Assembly: GCF_009914755.1 (NCBI RefSeq)
Contig: NC_060935.1
Direction: 5' to 3' (one strand)
DNA from: the human T2T-CHM13v2.0 reference genome, Homo sapiens
Length of the DNA stretch: 64,000 bases
Both the position numbers and the translations under genes were made by a program. The notes beneath the pieces were generated by a model. It searched no databases, had not been told where the DNA came from, and worked only from the letters and a program-made list of their open reading frames with translations. Shown here in pieces: positions 1 through 14,820 of the stretch; within the stretch, counting starts at the first letter, position 1; each line of letters begins with the position of its first letter.

Positions 1-859
1 ATTATCATAACAATTCTTAGAGAGAAGAACAAAGGAAATGCTATCATTACATTTAGACCTTTCACAGGAAAACTAGTCAAGGTTACAAAAGGATCTTATA
101 GTCTTATCTGCTTCCTGTCTGTGCTTTGTAAAATCCGCTACCACCACTACCCCCAACCCAGCTCGTGAACTCTGATAATGGCCTAATATTGGCCTTTGAC
201 AAAGTCCAAACAAAATGACAGGTGATAAGAGAATGCCTTTATATAGAATTATCACCACCATGTGCTTTGGAAACAACAACTCTGCACACTGCACTGCATC
301 TTTCTTTCTGCTTTGCTTCCTTATCTTTTCCCCATTCTTTCCCAGAAAAAAGTGAATTTAGAACATGCAAGCAAAAGATAATGAAGCTGAAAATACTAGA
401 GTAAAATAAAATAATAAAATTTGATCTTCAAATGACCAATTATTATGTATTCCGGCACACTTCATCAGTACACAGAAAAATCTACAATATGGTTACCACT
501 TCCTCATAGCTAGTGCATTCTTTCATTTATTCAATAAACATTGATGCCTTTTGTACCTGAGGCATTATGCCAGATATAGAGTACACAAGAATAATAAGAC
601 ATGTAAGTTTTAGGAAAAACTTCTTATAAACAAACAGGGGAAAAAAGCATAGGATAGAATTTCTGTAACGTCCCTGAAGATATTCCAGAATCAATACACA
701 TCAGCCCTGGACTGCCTACCTGTATGTAGACTTTTTGTTATGTGAGAAGGATAAAATCTGTATTTTGCTTAAATACATATTTTTAAGGTTTTAAAAATAT
801 ATTAGTTATGCACATAAAGGACATAAATAATTTTACAAGTTAAAAAAATCTTTTTATTA

Positions 860-2830
860 TAAAACACAGATATAGAAAACCACACAAATCAAATGTATGG
901 CTTAATAAATTATCTTAAAAATACCACCCACATCAAGAAAGAGAACTTTCCCAGCAAAAGTAAAAGCCCCTGGAAGCCCCTTTTATGTACCCACCCCCCC
1001 ATCATAATCTCCTCTCTACTGCCAAGAGTAACCATGCTTTTATTTAATATTTATCCACTTTCCTGATTTTTTTCTATAGGCAGTTTTTATCACCCAAAAG
1101 TACATCCGTAGACACTATAGTTTAGTCTCACTCTATTAAAAAGTTGGATGTCTTTTAAATCTCTTTCAATCTCGAGGTTGAGGAACCTCTAGATTGTTAA
1201 AGAACCTGGGACATTTGACTAAGAGAGTTTCCAACAGCCTGCATTTTGGTAATTACATTCTCTTGGTGCAGTTTAATGTGTTCCTCTATTTTCTACATTT
1301 TCTGTGATCAGACTCAGGTTTAATCCCTTTGGCAAAACAATAAGTAGTGTTTGGTAAGGTTATAACGGCACATAATACTTGCTTGTTTTTCTTTCTGTGG
1401 TAACAGCTGTTGATACTTAGATCTTGGTTCATTGAGGATTGCAAAATGATACTCTATTTCCATCATTTCTTTCATCTTTATTAATTAGAAGACTTTCTAA
1501 AAAAGATAATTGCCCTCAACTACTATTGGTTATCATTTTTTTCTTTATTGATAAATTTTCAAGATAAATTGTTCTTTATCATATTCTGAGGTAGGTGACA
1601 ATCCCTTTTTAATATTATGAATTCATGGATCTTAAAATATTTGCTGGGTTTCAACCAACTGCAATTATTGTAATTTTTGAAGCTCAAATTCTATCATCTT
1701 AGATCAGTTGTGAGCCTCTTCAAGATGGCTCCTGAGTTCTTTTAACAAGCCTCTAACAGTAACATTTTTTCTTAATTCTCATACCATAAATTCCCCATTT
1801 TAAAGTATACAATTCAGTGGTTTTTAGTGTAGTCACGAGGTTGTACAAGCATCATTAGTATCCAATTGCAGAAGAATTTCATTCCTCAAAAGAAACCCCA
1901 CACCCACTGGCAGTTATTTCTCACGGCCCTATCCCTCGAGCCCCTTATAATCACTAATCTGTTTTGCCCCTATGTGTTTGCCTATTTTGGACATTCCACA
2001 TAAACACAATCATATAATATACGGTTTTTGTGCCTGGTTTCTTTTACTTAGCATGTTTCCAAGATTCACCCAGGTTGTAGCACGTATCAATACTTCATTC
2101 CATTTTACGGCTGAATAATTTTCCATTGTGCGGATATATCAAAATTTGTTTATCCATTCATCAGCTGAATGACATTTGGATTGCTTCCACTTTCTGACTC
2201 TTATAAATAATGCTGCTATGAACATTCACATACAAGTTTTGGTGTGAATATATGTTTTTCTTTTTTTTTAAGAATCTGATACATTTTGACTTATGTACAT
2301 ACTTATAAAACCATCACCACAATCAAGACTGTATACACAAATATCATCCAGAAAGTTTCCTCATGTCCCTTTGTAATCTCGCTCTTCCTATCCATGAAAC
2401 AACCAGTGACCTGTTTCCATCACCATAGATTAGACCACATTTTTTAGAACTTTAGAGAAACCGAATCATGCCGTATATAATTTTTCTGACATTTTTCATT
2501 CAAAATAATTATTTTCAGGTTAATCTATGTTGCGTGTATCAGCCATTCATTTTTCATTTAGCTTAGTAGTATTACATTGTATGAACATACCACAGATGCT
2601 TTATCCATTTCCATAATCAATTATCCTTTACCACTGGTGGACACTGAGTTTGTCTCCAGTTTTTCACTACCATAAATAAAATGGCTATGAACATTCATAT
2701 ACAAATATTTTTATGAACATTTTTAAACTTAAAAAAAAAATAGTCAAACTGTGTTCCAAGATAGTGGTACCATTTCATATTCCTATTAGCCATGAATAAG
2801 AGGTCTAATTCATTCACATTTTTACCAGTA
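860..2830 (-). mobile_element. Several old L1M (L1MB/MC/ME-type) 3' fragments
   Basis: Typical antisense L1M 3' text, e.g. 'aagtatacaattcagtggttttt', 'gctgaataattttccattgt', 'tgctgctatgaacattc'. Boundaries approximate. Confidence 0.6.
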
Positions 2831-2839
2831 CTCAGGGAA

Positions 2840-4299
<1,460 letters not shown>

Positions 4300-4845
4300 T
4301 AGCGGATGTTCTTTATATTTGTGTATCTTTTCAAGTTGTCATTGTTAAGAGGATTATTCTGAATTACACAGGCCACCATTACTGGAAGAGAGCTTTGGGT
4401 TTTAGAAATTTATACTTTATCTACAGTAGTTTTTTTTTTTTCCAGTGGGAATGCTAATTGTATTGGGGGTAAAAATGCTTCTGGCACCTAAACATCGCAC
4501 AAACTGCAGGATGTTTAATATCCCTGGTCCTTGACGTTAAATGCTGGTTACAACCTCCTCCTCTCCTCCCCCCTCACAACTCATGGTAAAACTAAGACCA
4601 CAGAGGTTTATAAGGTACTCATTAAGTTCACATTTGGAAATGTGAAATAATTTCATTTGTGTCATATCCTTCTATACCTTTTCATAGTAAACCTCTGCTC
4701 TGATTGACCCTTTAGAGGTATACAACCTTTTTTAAAGTAAAAAAGGTCAGGTGAATGGTTCTTGGCTAAAATCAATTAAGTCAATGGTTAGTAGGGACCA
4801 CAGACAAGCTGCAGGTAGTCCATGAATCTACTAAATTTACTTCCA

Positions 4846-5142
4846 GGCTGCATGCAGTGGCTCATGCCTATAATCCCAGCTCTTTGGGAGGCCAAAGCAG
4901 GAGGACTGCTTGAGCCCAGGAGTCTGAGAACAGCCTGGGCAACATGGCGAGACCCTGTCTCTATAAAACAAAAAAATTAAAAAAATTAACTGGGTATGAT
5001 TGCATGTGCCTATCATCCCAGCTACTCAAGAGGCTAAGGAGGGAAGACTGCTTGAGCCCAGGGTGTTGGGGGCTGTAGTAAGCTGTGTTCATGCCACTGC
5101 ATTCCAGCCTTGGTGATGACTAAGATCCTGTCTCCAAAAAAA
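4846..5142 (+). mobile_element. AluJ
   Basis: 'ggctgcatgcagtggctcatgcc' through to 'cctgtctccaaaaaaa'; J-type 'cttgagcccagg'. Confidence 0.92.
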
Positions 5143-5359
5143 TTTTTTTTGTTAATTTCCAAAAGTTTGTGGAGGGAGAATGTAATCAACAAGATGTTCT
5201 TTGGAGACATGCCACCGGGAAGGGATTATGTACGTCATATTAGATAGATATGCATTAAATATCTATTTAATATGAAATTAAAGAAAATAGCTTTAAATAT
5301 TTTAAGGCTTAACTATGCTCAGTGAGTAAAAACTTGCACTAGAAGAGAAGGGAGATGTA

Positions 5360-5620
5360 ATTTTTTAATTGACAAAAACTATATATTTACAGTGTACAAC
5401 ACGATGTTTTGAAATATGTACACATTGCAGATAGGCTAAATTGAACTAATTAATACATGCATTACTTCACATACTTTTTTTTTGTGGTAAGAACACTTAA
5501 AATCCATTCTCTTAATGATGTTCAAGTATACAATACATTGTTATTAACTGTAGTCACCATGTTGCATAGTAGATATCTTGAACTTATTTCTCCTAATTGA
5601 AATTTTGTATCTTTTGACCA
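5360..5620 (-). mobile_element. L1MA-type 3' end
   Basis: 'gtgtacaacacgatgttttgaaatatgtacacattg...ttattaactgtagtcaccatg'. Confidence 0.7.
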
Positions 5621-6351
5621 AAGGGAGATATTATTTTAGAGTTGGCATGAGAAGAGGCAAATGTAGCTGGAAAGAATTACTTTGAAATTGATATCACCAC
5701 TCATTTTAATTCAGATATTAGAAGACTCTATTTATATTTATACTAATCTCCTCTAAGGCTTTCTAACTTTCACTGATTGAAGTTAAAGCAGAAGTATATG
5801 GATAGGGACACTGATGAAAAGGGTGGTAAGATACAGAGCAAAACTACAAGCAAAATTCAACAAGAGACAGGAGGGAAGCAAGAGGGTAGAATTTCTGTGC
5901 AAGAAATTAAGAATTCCATGAAGAGGCAGGGTATGGACCTTAGGGAAGGGAAGATTTCAGCATAACTAGGAAAAGACAAACACAGATGGAGAGCAATGAG
6001 AGTGGGACACTCATAGGCAGGATATATAAAGGACAAGTCAGAGGTAACGTAAATGGGAATCTTTGGGCAGCCCTGGTTTGAAATATCCTCATTTTTAAGT
6101 TATATATTTCTTAAATAATGTAAAAGCTGTCCAAGGTACAGTGGACACTTTCTAGAATCCTCCCAATCTTTCATCCTAACCATTGCCGAAAAATTGGAGA
6201 TAAAGTCCTCAGATAGATGGTGGGATGAGAAGAATGAGACTCAGAGTCCCATCTGACAAGGCTTCCACAAAAGCAGTTCATCTATGGAAATGCAAAATAT
6301 ATCATCTATTCATCTTTTAGCATAAAGAAAATATGTCCACTTTCCTTCTAT

Positions 6352-6610
6352 GTTAGAGTACAGTGGCACCATCATAGCTCATTGCAGTCTTGAATTTTTG
6401 GGCTCAAGTGATACATCTACCTCAGCCTCCCTAGTAGCTGAGATTTCAGGTGTGCACCAACATGCCCAGCTAATGTTTTAAAATTTTTTCTGTAGATATG
6501 GGGTCTCACTATGTTGTCCAGGTTGATCTCAAATTCCTGGGCTCAAACAATCCTCCTGCCTCGGCCTCCCAAAGTACTGTGATTACAGGCATGAGCTACC
6601 ACACCCGTCC
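6352..6610 (-). mobile_element. AluJ, 3'-truncated
   Basis: 'cagtggcaccatcatagctcattgcag' through to 'gagctaccacacccg'. Confidence 0.88.
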
Positions 6611-6848
6611 CATCCACTTTCTAAAAGTCTAACTGACCTAAGGGAAAAAAGGGCCTGAGTTAAAATTTTTAAAAAGAATGAACAGTAGGTAAGATCAGGA
6701 CCCACAAAATTATATATCTCCTATATATAAAATATTTAATGGTTTAAAAAACATTTTCTTGATTCATGTGAGGTGATGTCGACTTAAAATAAATCCTTTA
6801 ATCATAGGCTTCTACAAGATGACATTGAAAATGGGAGAAAAGACATAC

Positions 6849-6954
6849 CCAATTGCTGGAACAGGAGAGCCACACTAGTGCCCGTGATAGGAAGACTATC
6901 ATGTAAAGGAGTCTGGATCAACTGTCTATCTCCTGCACCCAAAGAAAACAGCTT
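6849..6954 (-). CDS. SBF2: SBF2 coding exon (probably exon 6), 106 nt, phase 0-1
   Basis: Translates to [35 protein letters not shown]+G (inside ORF 6802..7002). Acceptor ttctgcag|, donor TGG|gtatgt. Confidence 0.96.
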
Positions 6955-6969
6955 CTGCAGAATGGGAGA

Positions 6970-6990
6970 AACACAAACACACACACACAC
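6970..6990. repeat. (CA)n microsatellite, read as (UG)n just upstream of the 6849-6954 exon acceptor
   Basis: acacaaacacacacacacac. Confidence 0.9.
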
Positions 6991-7317
6991 GATTTCAGCC
7001 ATTTTTTAAAAAATAAAAATACCTTCGATGTTCATTTTTAGAGCAAACGACCATGTAAGATCCAATTAACAGATACAAAAGGCAACAATGTATATCCCAA
7101 AACATTTAAGTTCTTTGTATACTTAAGTGGCATAAGAAAATTCAGTGGCTGAAAGTTGAAAATCTAGTAGAGATAAGACACAAAAATCATTGATAATCAT
7201 AACTGGCTAAAAAATAATGAAATGTTAAAGTCAACAACTTTAATAAAGGCTCATAAAGCAATTCAAGTTTAGACCCATCTGTGACCAAACTCACATTTAA
7301 TATTCTGCCCTTTGAGC

Positions 7318-7442
7318 AGAGGTAGAAGAATGAAGGAGGAGAGAGCAAGAGAGACAGAGAAAAAAGGAGGATAAAAATTTAAGACAAAAGACAATGAGAA
7401 AGATAGAAGAGAAGTAAAAAGGCGAAGGGCAAGAAAAAGAAA
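7318..7442. repeat. GA-rich low-complexity tract
   Basis: Almost pure purine on the plus strand. Confidence 0.7.
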
Positions 7443-8098
7443 TGCCAATCCCACTATAAGCAGGATCTTTGTCAGACTGAAGACAATGTGATTTTTAGAA
7501 GGCTGTCCTCTTTCCCAATATTATATAAGAATAAGCAAAATAAATTATCACCTATTCATTTTTAAGGTTTAAGGAAAAAATCTATCCTTTTAAAAGTATG
7601 GTTGACCAAGAAACAATAAATAAATCATAGCAGCAGAGATTCTTATTTTTCTACTTTAGAGACAAATATGAAAATCTCAAGACATACAGAATAAATGAAT
7701 CTATTAATAAGTAGTTACAATGTAACAAAGAACTGTGTTGAGAGTTTTCTTAATGTCATCTTCTAATTTTTATCACTCCAACATGTTTCAATTTAGGTTA
7801 ATAAAAATGAGATGTAACTATATACAGGAGTGAGAAAGGTAAAAGAGAACATTTAAAAGTTCAACTTAATATATTTCCAAGAAAATACAAACTGCAGTTC
7901 AAGTTACACAAAATATGACTTCTAATTATGCTATGTGAAAGATGAACCCTGTGTTAAAATTAACCTCATGACCTAAGAAAAGAATGGAATCTTGAGTGTC
8001 TAGAAAGCAGACCATGGGGACAATGCTTAACTAAAGTAGGATCTTCCTTAAAACAAAAATATTTAAAGAATTATTTCTTTCCCTTTCTCCATAAATTA

Positions 8099-8296
<198 letters not shown>

Positions 8297-9432
8297 TTAT
8301 TTCATGGAAAAAGCATTAAAAATAAATTGTTATGACATCTGCTCTAGGACGATTTCTCTTTGAACCCAGTAAAGTATATTATACAGTGAACATGGAATAC
8401 ATTTTAAACAGCAAAAATTAAGTTTATTAAATTTTCCTTAGAACCAGAACCCCCAAATGAGCTTCTGAGATGAGTTTATAGAAAGCAGAAATCCATAATT
8501 TGTAAAACAGATGTTTGTGCTCTGATAACTACTCTAGCAAATCTGTAGGGCTAATACTGTTTTTGCCTCAACTTAAGTCTGTTAAACTCTAAATCTCAAG
8601 ACAAAAACTTAGAAATTTTATCTTGTTTGGTGGTTCTTATAAATCCGGAATGCTTATTCTACAGAAAAATTTAACATGTGAATTGTAAGAAAGGATTGCA
8701 AAACAGAGACAAGATTGTAAGATTAACACTGAGTTCAGAAGGAGGTAGGTGGTAAAACAGACATAATGCAATCTTTATGAATCTTTCAGTATAGCAAAAT
8801 TTGTGACTCTGAAAACTTAGTATTTGCTTGGAGTTACGCATTGTCATTGAAATCTTGACACTAATTTAATTCTTTTATAACACAAATAATCTCAATTTCT
8901 AGAAAAGTTTTACAGAAATTGTATCTTAGCACAAATATTTACAAATGAATAAAAATTTCCTCTTATGTTTGAAAATTCTGTGTTTCTAAAACAAGAAAAT
9001 ACCTGGAAGCAATATTTTAAGACTATTTTGACAGAAGTATGATCAGAATTGTTTGAAATCTCAAACACCCACCCTATTTACTTGAACCTGATTCCTCACA
9101 AGGTGAATATACATACACGAATTTGTTAAATCACTCATGCATTTACATTTACTACAGGTAATCAAATTATTTCTTTAGGATGTATACATTCTGGATTCAA
9201 TAAATGTGGGACCTATTTTAAAACAAACACTACATCCTTAGAAGTTTTAGTAGTCACATTAACTTATTCAGGTATTTATTTCACCCAACATGAAAATATT
9301 TCTTCTGTTCATGCTAACTGTATTTCATAGATGAATTCCTAAATCAATCTAACAATATTTTCAATCCAAAGAACTTGTACCATGGTTCATTCAAGAGACT
9401 CACACAATAATACAAATTAATAATGATAACTA

Positions 9433-9567
<135 letters not shown>

Positions 9568-10152
9568 CTAGAAAAAGAGACACTGAAATCAACAAACAGA
9601 AGGGATTTCCTAGGTTCATAATTCACAAAAGATGAATATCACCTTAAATATAACTTATGCAAATTCAAAATTAATTATAATATAATTTTAAAAATCAAAC
9701 TACAAATAAAGAATAGACTTTAAGAGCATTCTAAAAGTAAAGTAGACAAATTATGAAGCCGGGAATACTTATTTCATTTTTGAAAAGCTCCTTAAGCTCC
9801 AGACATATAACACAACTTTATTTGAGCATTTCCTTTCTGAGTGAATCAAGGGCAAATAAGACATGCTCAAATTATTTTAAATAGTGACCCAATTAAAAAT
9901 TATACTCACTTAGATGAAAAGTTAAAAAATGATATTTAAATGAAGTCAGTTTTCAAAAGAAGATGTTTTGCAAATATGACACTAATTTTCATGTTGGTTT
10001 TTCTACTTGTCTCAATGTCTCAAACAAGGATTCTAAGGCTTGCAGAATGCTTGGTGCTCAATGCTCTTGGCAGTAAAGCACAATCGGCTCTAAATTGCTT
10101 TTGTTCATAAGCAACAATGCTGATATTTTGAGAAAAGAGAACTCTGTTTCCG

Positions 10153-10436
10153 TTTTTGAAACAAGGTCTTGCTCTGTTGCCCAGGCTGGAGGGCAGTGGC
10201 ACAATCACAGTGCACTGCAGCCTCAACTTTCTGGGCGTTAGGGATCCTCCCACCTCAGCCTCCCAAGTGGTTGGAATCATAGGCACACTCCACCACGCCA
10301 GGTTAATTTTTTGTTTTTTGTAGAGGCAGGGTCTCCCTATGTTGCCCAGCTGGTTTCAAACTACTGAGCTCAAGTGATGCTCCTGCCTTATGCTTCCAAA
10401 GTGCTGGATTATAGGTGTGAGCCATCATGCTTGGCT
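10153..10436 (-). mobile_element. AluJ
   Basis: 'gctctgttgcccaggctggag' through to 'gagccatcatgcttggc'. Confidence 0.9.
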
Positions 10437-10619
10437 GAGAGAACATTTTTACATACAAAACTGAATTTCAGAAAGTACTTAATGCCACTGAACTGAATAC
10501 TTAAAAATGGCTAAATGGCAAATCTTATACATATATATTTTACCACAATAAAAAACGCTTAAAACAATACATAAGTTTCAATAACTAAACACTGGTTAAT
10601 AAACTTGACAAAATATGAT

Positions 10620-11236
10620 TCTCCCGCTTAACAAACCCAAAATCGTGATTCCCCTCTTTTTAATAACCTATATCCCACTGTCAACAAACCCTGATTTCTT
10701 ACCTCCTCTATTGCTACCATAACGCTGTGAGCTACTATAATCTCTTGTGTGGATTACTCTAACAGCCTCCCTTCATCTCCTTTATTCTTCTTTAGCCCCA
10801 CTTTGCTTCCTTGCTGCTCTTTAAACACACTGGGCATGCTCCCATCCACTGCTCTATGCGCTTCTGTGTTATTCCTTTGCCTAAATACTCTTTCCACAGA
10901 TATTCTAATGACTTAGTTCCTCATCACTTTTAAGTTTTCATTCAAGCATCTTCTGCTCTAATAAGCTTTTGCTGACAATGTTATTTAAAACTGCAATGCC
11001 CTAACACTCTCTACCCACTTTCTCTGCTTTATTTTTCTCCATGGCATTTGTTACTATCCAACATATTTATCTATTTCACTTATCTTGTTTTTTAGTTTGT
11101 CTGTCAACTGCACTAGCACATGCTCCCATAAAGGCCAGGATTTCTGTTTTGTTCAACGGTGATTTCCCAGTTCCTAAAATAAGGGCTAGGCCCATAGCTG
11201 ATACTTAATATTTATTCATTGCATACATGCATGAAT
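10620..11236 (+). mobile_element. L2 3' fragment
   Basis: Pyrimidine-rich L2-like body ending 'atacttaatatttattcattgcatacatgcatgaat'. Confidence 0.65.
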
Positions 11237-12059
11237 ACATTTTCTTGGCATAGTTTTTTGAGCATTTTATCAAGGGAAGTCTTTTCCCCCCTATTCATAG
11301 AGGCCAATAATTATATTTTCTACTTCCTTTAGAGCTCATTTAGTTTCTAGTACAATGCAATATAACCAAGTATTAGATGTCTGTGGAATGTGCACATCCA
11401 AAGGGAACTATCTGTTTAGTTTTTGTATGTATGATAGAGTCCATATGCTCTTGAAAGATTTTCATTTATTACAAAGCAAAAACAAAAATTAGGTTGGTTG
11501 GTTTCTGGAATCCTTAGAAATAATAAAAATGTGATGAATATGAATTCACCAAAGATTTCCACACTTAATGAATCATATTCTTCATGGATTACTAACTAAT
11601 TCAAAATGACAAAAGAATGACTAAAATTCTTGGAAGAGATAAAGCTATCCACATTTTATGAGATTGTGATAAATGCCCTAGAGTACCATTAGAAGCCAGC
11701 TAGAGTAAGTAGATAACCATTTCAAATATATGACCATTTACTAACTTTGACCAAAACACAAAATAGAATGCATTGGTCATTTCTTAAAGCTGCTCTTCAA
11801 TTAAACACTCACCAAAAGGAATAGTTATTAACGAGAAAGAAAAAGGTCCAATAGAGTGAAAATCAGTATTAAGTAAAAAATAATTTTAATTTATATCACT
11901 TTTTATTACGATGTTGACTTTTCCTTTGTAAATGTGCTACAAATCCTAAAATATTCTTAGTTCTTAATTTCAATATCTCTCCTATAAGAATGCAATGTCC
12001 TAAGTTTAGAGAAAAAATTCTTATTTCTGCTTTTAAAGCAAAATGTACTGCTGTGATTA

Positions 12060-12085
12060 AACACACACACACACACACACACACA
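12060..12085. repeat. (CA)n microsatellite
   Basis: About 12 AC units. Confidence 0.95.
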
Positions 12086-13422
12086 ACAAATAAACCCCAA
12101 ATTTATTAGGTAAAATAAAGTTTGTTCTAGAATGGTAATGTGACATTTTTGATAAAATTTTTCTAGAAATAATTTATCATGTCAGAGGAATACTCCCTCT
12201 TCTATATAGCTGCTAGATGTATTCTATGTAATAATTATAAAATGACACTAGTTTTATTTGGTGTGTGTTTTACAATGACAGATTTTCACCCATTGGAAAG
12301 ATGTGAAAAACTTAAAAATAAGCAGGAAATTCAAAACATAGTCTATGAATATGAGATATTCTAATAATGCTAAATTTAATATTTTATACTACAAAAGTTT
12401 CACATATTTTATCCAGCTGAACAATATTTTAAAGGCTTTGCCAACTTAAGATTATTTCTTCTCATTAAATTGGCCACTTAAAGATTATTCCTTGCTTTTA
12501 GTAGGTCTCATTAAAGATACAAATTTATCTTAAACACTGTTTACTAAATATCTCACATTGACTTACAAGGTCAATACATATAATAATCACATGCCACAAC
12601 TTGCCCATTTGTAGATATCTTTGCCTACCAATTACTACTATGGATTACATCTGCTAGTGATTCCCAGCTTCTGTGTAACTTATGTGTAGTTCATCATCTC
12701 TGTGCTTCAATAATATGGGATAAATTAGTACTCACCATATCAATCTGGCCTAAAAGTGCTACTGCTCTTAAAACATATCCTGAGACAAAAAGTACTAGAT
12801 TGCTGATTGCACGCAATAACTTGATGTAGCAGATCAGCACAAGCTTTAAGGAAGTTTATCCTACCATTCAGGTTGAACACTTCAGCCTCATCTTTGTTGT
12901 ATCTTGATGCTTAATTTTAATATCAAAATAACTGTCAAGTCCTGACCCTTTTATCCTTAAAGAACTGTTGCATCCAACATCTTCTCTGTGCTATGTTCAT
13001 TTTTAACAATACTGTATCACACTAAAAATCTTCCCGCAGCATTTCTTAAATAATCAGTTATAAAAGGAGGATAAAATTAATTCCACAAGTAAAAAATTTT
13101 CAGTCCTAAATTTCCTTTCTGAAATGTAATATATAGCAAGTATACCATTATATAGAATTGTCTCAGTAAAGCAATTTAAGAACTTAAAAATTTTCCAGAA
13201 TTGGAAATAATGGAGCCTAAGTAGTTGCAAAATTCTGTAAGTTCTAAAATTCCTCCTGAACCCTTCATTTCTTGCCAAATAATCTTTTAATCAAGTTGAC
13301 ATGTCTACATGATCAAACCAGGTTTGCCCTTTCATTGGTCTGGGAAATAATGAATGCATAAGAAATACACATTTTAGGATAACAAGCCTTCAAACAAACT
13401 AGGCCTCTAGTCTTCAGTTCAG

Positions 13423-13668
13423 AATCTCCGCTCGCTGCAAGCTCCACCTCCCGGGTTCATGCCATTCTCCTGCCTCAGCCTCCTGAGAGGCTGGGACTAG
13501 AGGCACCCGCCACCACGCCTGGCTAATTTTTTCTTTTTTTTTGTATTTTTAGTAGAGATGGGGTTTCACCGTGTTAGCCAGGATAGTCTCGATCTCCTGA
13601 CCTCGTGATCTGCCCACCTCGGCCTCCCAAAGTGCTGGGATTACAGGTATGAGCCACCACGCCCAGCC
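13423..13668 (-). mobile_element. AluY/Sc-like element lacking its 3' ~50 nt and tail
   Basis: 'atctccgctcgctgcaagctcc' through to 'gagccaccacgcccagcc'; no poly-T. Confidence 0.9.
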
Positions 13669-14820
13669 TAAAGTCTTAAACGTAAGACCTAAAACCATAA
13701 AAACCCTAGAAGAAAACCTAGCCAATACCATTCAAGACATAAGCATGGGCAAAGACTTCACGTCTAAAACACCAAAAGCAATGGCAACAAAAGCCAAAAT
13801 TGACAAATGGGATCTAATTAAACTAAAGAGCTTCTGCACAGCAAAAGAAACTATCAGCAGAGTGAACAGGCAACCTACAGAATGGGAGAAAAATTTTGCA
13901 ATCTACCCATCTGACAAAGGGCTAATATCCAGAATCTACAAAGGACTTAAACAAATTTAAAAGAAAAAAACAAACAACCCCATCAACAAGTGGGCACAGG
14001 ATATGAACAGACACTTCTCAAAAGAAGACATTTATGCAGCCAAAAGACATGAAAAAAATGCTCATCATCACTGGTCATCAGAGAAATGCAAATCAAAATC
14101 ACAATGAGATACCATCTCACACCAGTTAGAATGGTGATCATTAAAAAGTCAGGAAACAACAGATGCTGGAGAGGATGTGGAGAAACAGGAATGCTTTTAC
14201 ACTGTTGGGAGTGAAAACTAGTTCAACCATTGTGGTAGACAGTGTGGCGATTCCTTGAGGATCTAGAACTAGAAATGCCATTTCACCCAGCCACCACATT
14301 ACTGGGTGTATACCCAAAGGATTATAAATCATTCTACTATAAAGACACATGCACACGTATGCTTATTGTGACACTATTCACAATAGGAAAGACTTAGAAT
14401 GAACCCATATGTCCACCAATAATAGATCGGATTAAGAAAATGTGGCACATATACACCATGGAATACTATGCAGCCATAAAAAAGGATGAGTTCATGTCCT
14501 TTGTAGGGACATGGATGAAGCTGGAAACCATAATTCTCGGCAAACTAACACAAGAACAGAAAACCAAACACCGCATGTTCTCACTCATAAGTGGGAGTTG
14601 AACAATGAGAACACATGGACACAGGGCGGGGAACATCACACACTGGGGCCTGTCAGTGGGTAGTGGGGTTAGGGGAGCGATAGCATTAGGAGAAATATTT
14701 AATGTAGATGACAGGTTGATGGGTGCAGCAAACCACCATGGCACATGTATACCTATGTAACAAAACTGCATGTTCTGCACATGTACCCCAGAACTTAAAG
14801 TATACTTAAAAAAAATAAAA
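13669..14820 (+). mobile_element. L1PA (about PA7-8) 3' ~1.15 kb
   Basis: ORF2 C-terminus ([10 protein letters not shown]...[15 protein letters not shown]), 3'UTR, 'cagaacttaaagtata' and A tail. Confidence 0.93.

Noticed and set aside
11807-11940. Strong minus-strand donor TTG|GTGAGT near the (CA)n at 12060
   Set aside because: No convincing partner acceptor; isolated donor matches are common in long introns.
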